DNA of 64,000 nucleotides from an archaeon (GTDB lineage Archaea; Iainarchaeota; Iainarchaeia; Iainarchaeales; JAAZKV01): NCBI GenBank assembly GCA_041661245.1, contig JBAZUY010000002.1, positions 178,153 to 242,152 of the forward strand, read 5' to 3'. Shown piece by piece: positions 63,024 to 64,000 of this stretch (position 1 is its first letter; each line of letters starts with the position of its first letter). The notes under the pieces were generated by a model. It saw only the letters and a program-made list of their open reading frames with translations, ran no database searches and was not told where the DNA came from. The position numbers and the translations under genes were made by a program.

Positions 63024-63353
63024 TTATTTAATTATCCTAATTATTCTTTCTACAACTCTACTCATTTGGAAGGAACTCAAAGCCCCAACTTTGTAAAATA
63101 TAATTGATTTATCCGCAGTAAAGATTTTATTTGCTCGAATGTAACTTGCCCCATCCAACTTTCCACCCATAATATCAGAATCATTTAGTGGAATAACATA
63201 AGAGTCATGAACCACTTGCCCGGTTATTTGACACACAATTAAGTCATCCCCTTCCAAAGTAGCAATAATTAAAGCAGGCCGTTTTTTTGTTGCAGATAAA
63301 TCCGTGAAAGGAAAAGGCAATACAACTATATCCCCTTTTACAAGTTCTTCCAT
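63024..63353 (-). CDS. mazF: MazF/PemK-family toxin (mRNA interferase)
   Basis: Contains GDIVVLPFPFTDLSATKKRPALII and is about 109 aa. It overlaps the upstream antitoxin gene. Confidence 0.75.
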   Translation of the reverse strand: MEELVKGDIVVLPFPFTDLSATKKRPALIIATLEGDDLIVCQITGQVVHDSYVIPLNDSDIMGGKLDGASYIRANKIFTADKSIIFYKVGALSSFQMSRVVERIIRIIK

Positions 63354-63667
63354 CGCTTATCCTCTTCTTTTAAGTTCCAAATTTTTCCTAATGACTTTTC
63401 ACTAGCAAATGCTGAGCCAAATCTTTCTTCAATTTCATCAAATTTTCTTAGTTCTACGTGATCATCAAAATTAAGAACCGCTATTTTTGAGCCAGTTTCA
63501 AACCCCTTTTTCCCACGAAGAAGCTTTCCAATAGAAAACTGCCCCTTCTCGGTTATTGTTACACTCTTAATGTCAATCAAACCCACAAAAACCACCATGT
63601 AAGATAAGTAAGAAAAGTAATAAAAATGAATGTTTTGTAAAAACAAGTCAATTGTTTTAGGAAGCAT
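63338..63667 (-). CDS. mazE: AbrB/SpoVT-type (MazE-like) antitoxin
   Basis: VTITEKGQFSIGKLLRGKKGFETGSKIAVL forms a swapped-hairpin motif. The likely start is the ATG at 63598. It overlaps mazF by 16 nt. Confidence 0.6.
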   Translation of the reverse strand: MLPKTIDLFLQNIHFYYFSYLSYMVVFVGLIDIKSVTITEKGQFSIGKLLRGKKGFETGSKIAVLNFDDHVELRKFDEIEERFGSAFASEKSLGKIWNLKEEDKRWKNL

Positions 63668-63734
63668 AAAAGAAACTTAATTTTGTTATTTAAAAATAGC
63701 ACAGAGAGTAGTTTGCCGCAGCAACTTTCCAAAG

Positions 63735-63935
63735 TTACCTTTTTCTTTGTGCTTTTAATTTTGTGTGAAGATCCATTCTTCGAGCCTGCGCAGTACGTAG
63801 TCTTTTTGCGCGTTCAACAAAGTATTCAGCAGTTGTTTTGATAGCGTCGTTAATTAATTCATTATTACGAATATGTCTTCTTACTTTAAACCCTGCTTCA
63901 ACGATTACCACTCGTTCTTTTTCTCCTTTTCTCAT
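63735..63935 (-). CDS. hypothetical small basic protein
   Basis: 66-aa Arg/Lys-rich ORF. Confidence 0.35.
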   Translation of the reverse strand: MRKGEKERVVIVEAGFKVRRHIRNNELINDAIKTTAEYFVERAKRLRTAQARRMDLHTKLKAQRKR

Positions 63936-64000
63936 AACCCCAAGTAAGTTATCATTCCCAAAAAAGGGACGATTTTCTTTTCTTAAGAGATTTACTTTTT

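Noticed and set aside
1-64000. tRNA or rRNA genes, and transposases or integrases.
   Set aside because: I scanned the intergenic and GC-rich patches for T-arm (GGTTCRAAYCC-like) and acceptor features, and the ORF list for DDE, tyrosine-recombinase or serine-recombinase motifs, and found none. A tRNAscan or Infernal run is still needed to be certain.

Overview
This is an AT-rich, tightly packed archaeal window. Evidence for archaeal origin: class III (prepilin-type) signal peptides, a FlaJ/TadC-like pilus platform protein, an XPD/Rad3 helicase, a PAC2 chaperone, TATA-box promoters close to start codons, and many small Lys/Arg-rich orphan proteins. The style suggests a DPANN-like lineage, but that is an inference, not a demonstrated placement. 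I found no rRNA, tRNA, CRISPR array, transposase, integrase or reverse transcriptase.

Recognisable content:
- Left end: a PAC2-like protein, a SET-domain protein, a 1570-aa surface protein, and a type IV pilus-like locus (8.9-15.6 kb) with seven prepilin-like genes and a FlaJ-like membrane protein.
- 17-24.6 kb: a serC-like/serA pair, a Cys-rich lipoprotein, a pilin-fused GLUG adhesin and XPD.
- Right end (47-64 kb): GrpB, a DCoH-like protein, three HAD hydrolases, an Ntn/proteasome-type hydrolase next to a trypsin-like protease, a MazEF pair, a GC-rich non-coding island and orphan genes.

The most unusual part is a ~22.7 kb minus-strand block (24.6-47.3 kb) organised as three operon-like units.
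- Each unit is headed by a protein carrying one near-identical Tat-like (KR) signal peptide fused to a different tail-fibre-like mature domain.
- Each head gene is followed by 2-4 paralogous right-handed beta-helix proteins (11 in total) that have no signal peptide.
- The beta-helix genes are accompanied by tiny, translationally coupled partner ORFs. In subfamily A these contain exactly three P-[KQ]-L-x-[AG]-F-x-F repeats per beta-helix gene, including one 9-repeat fusion that follows three beta-helix genes.
- tatA and tatC, a LamG protein, class III-signal pilin-like proteins and a dinD-like gene sit inside the block.

I interpret this, as inference only, as an undescribed Tat-dependent (possibly hitchhiker-type) surface fibre / depolymerase-adhesin system built from phage-tail-like parts.
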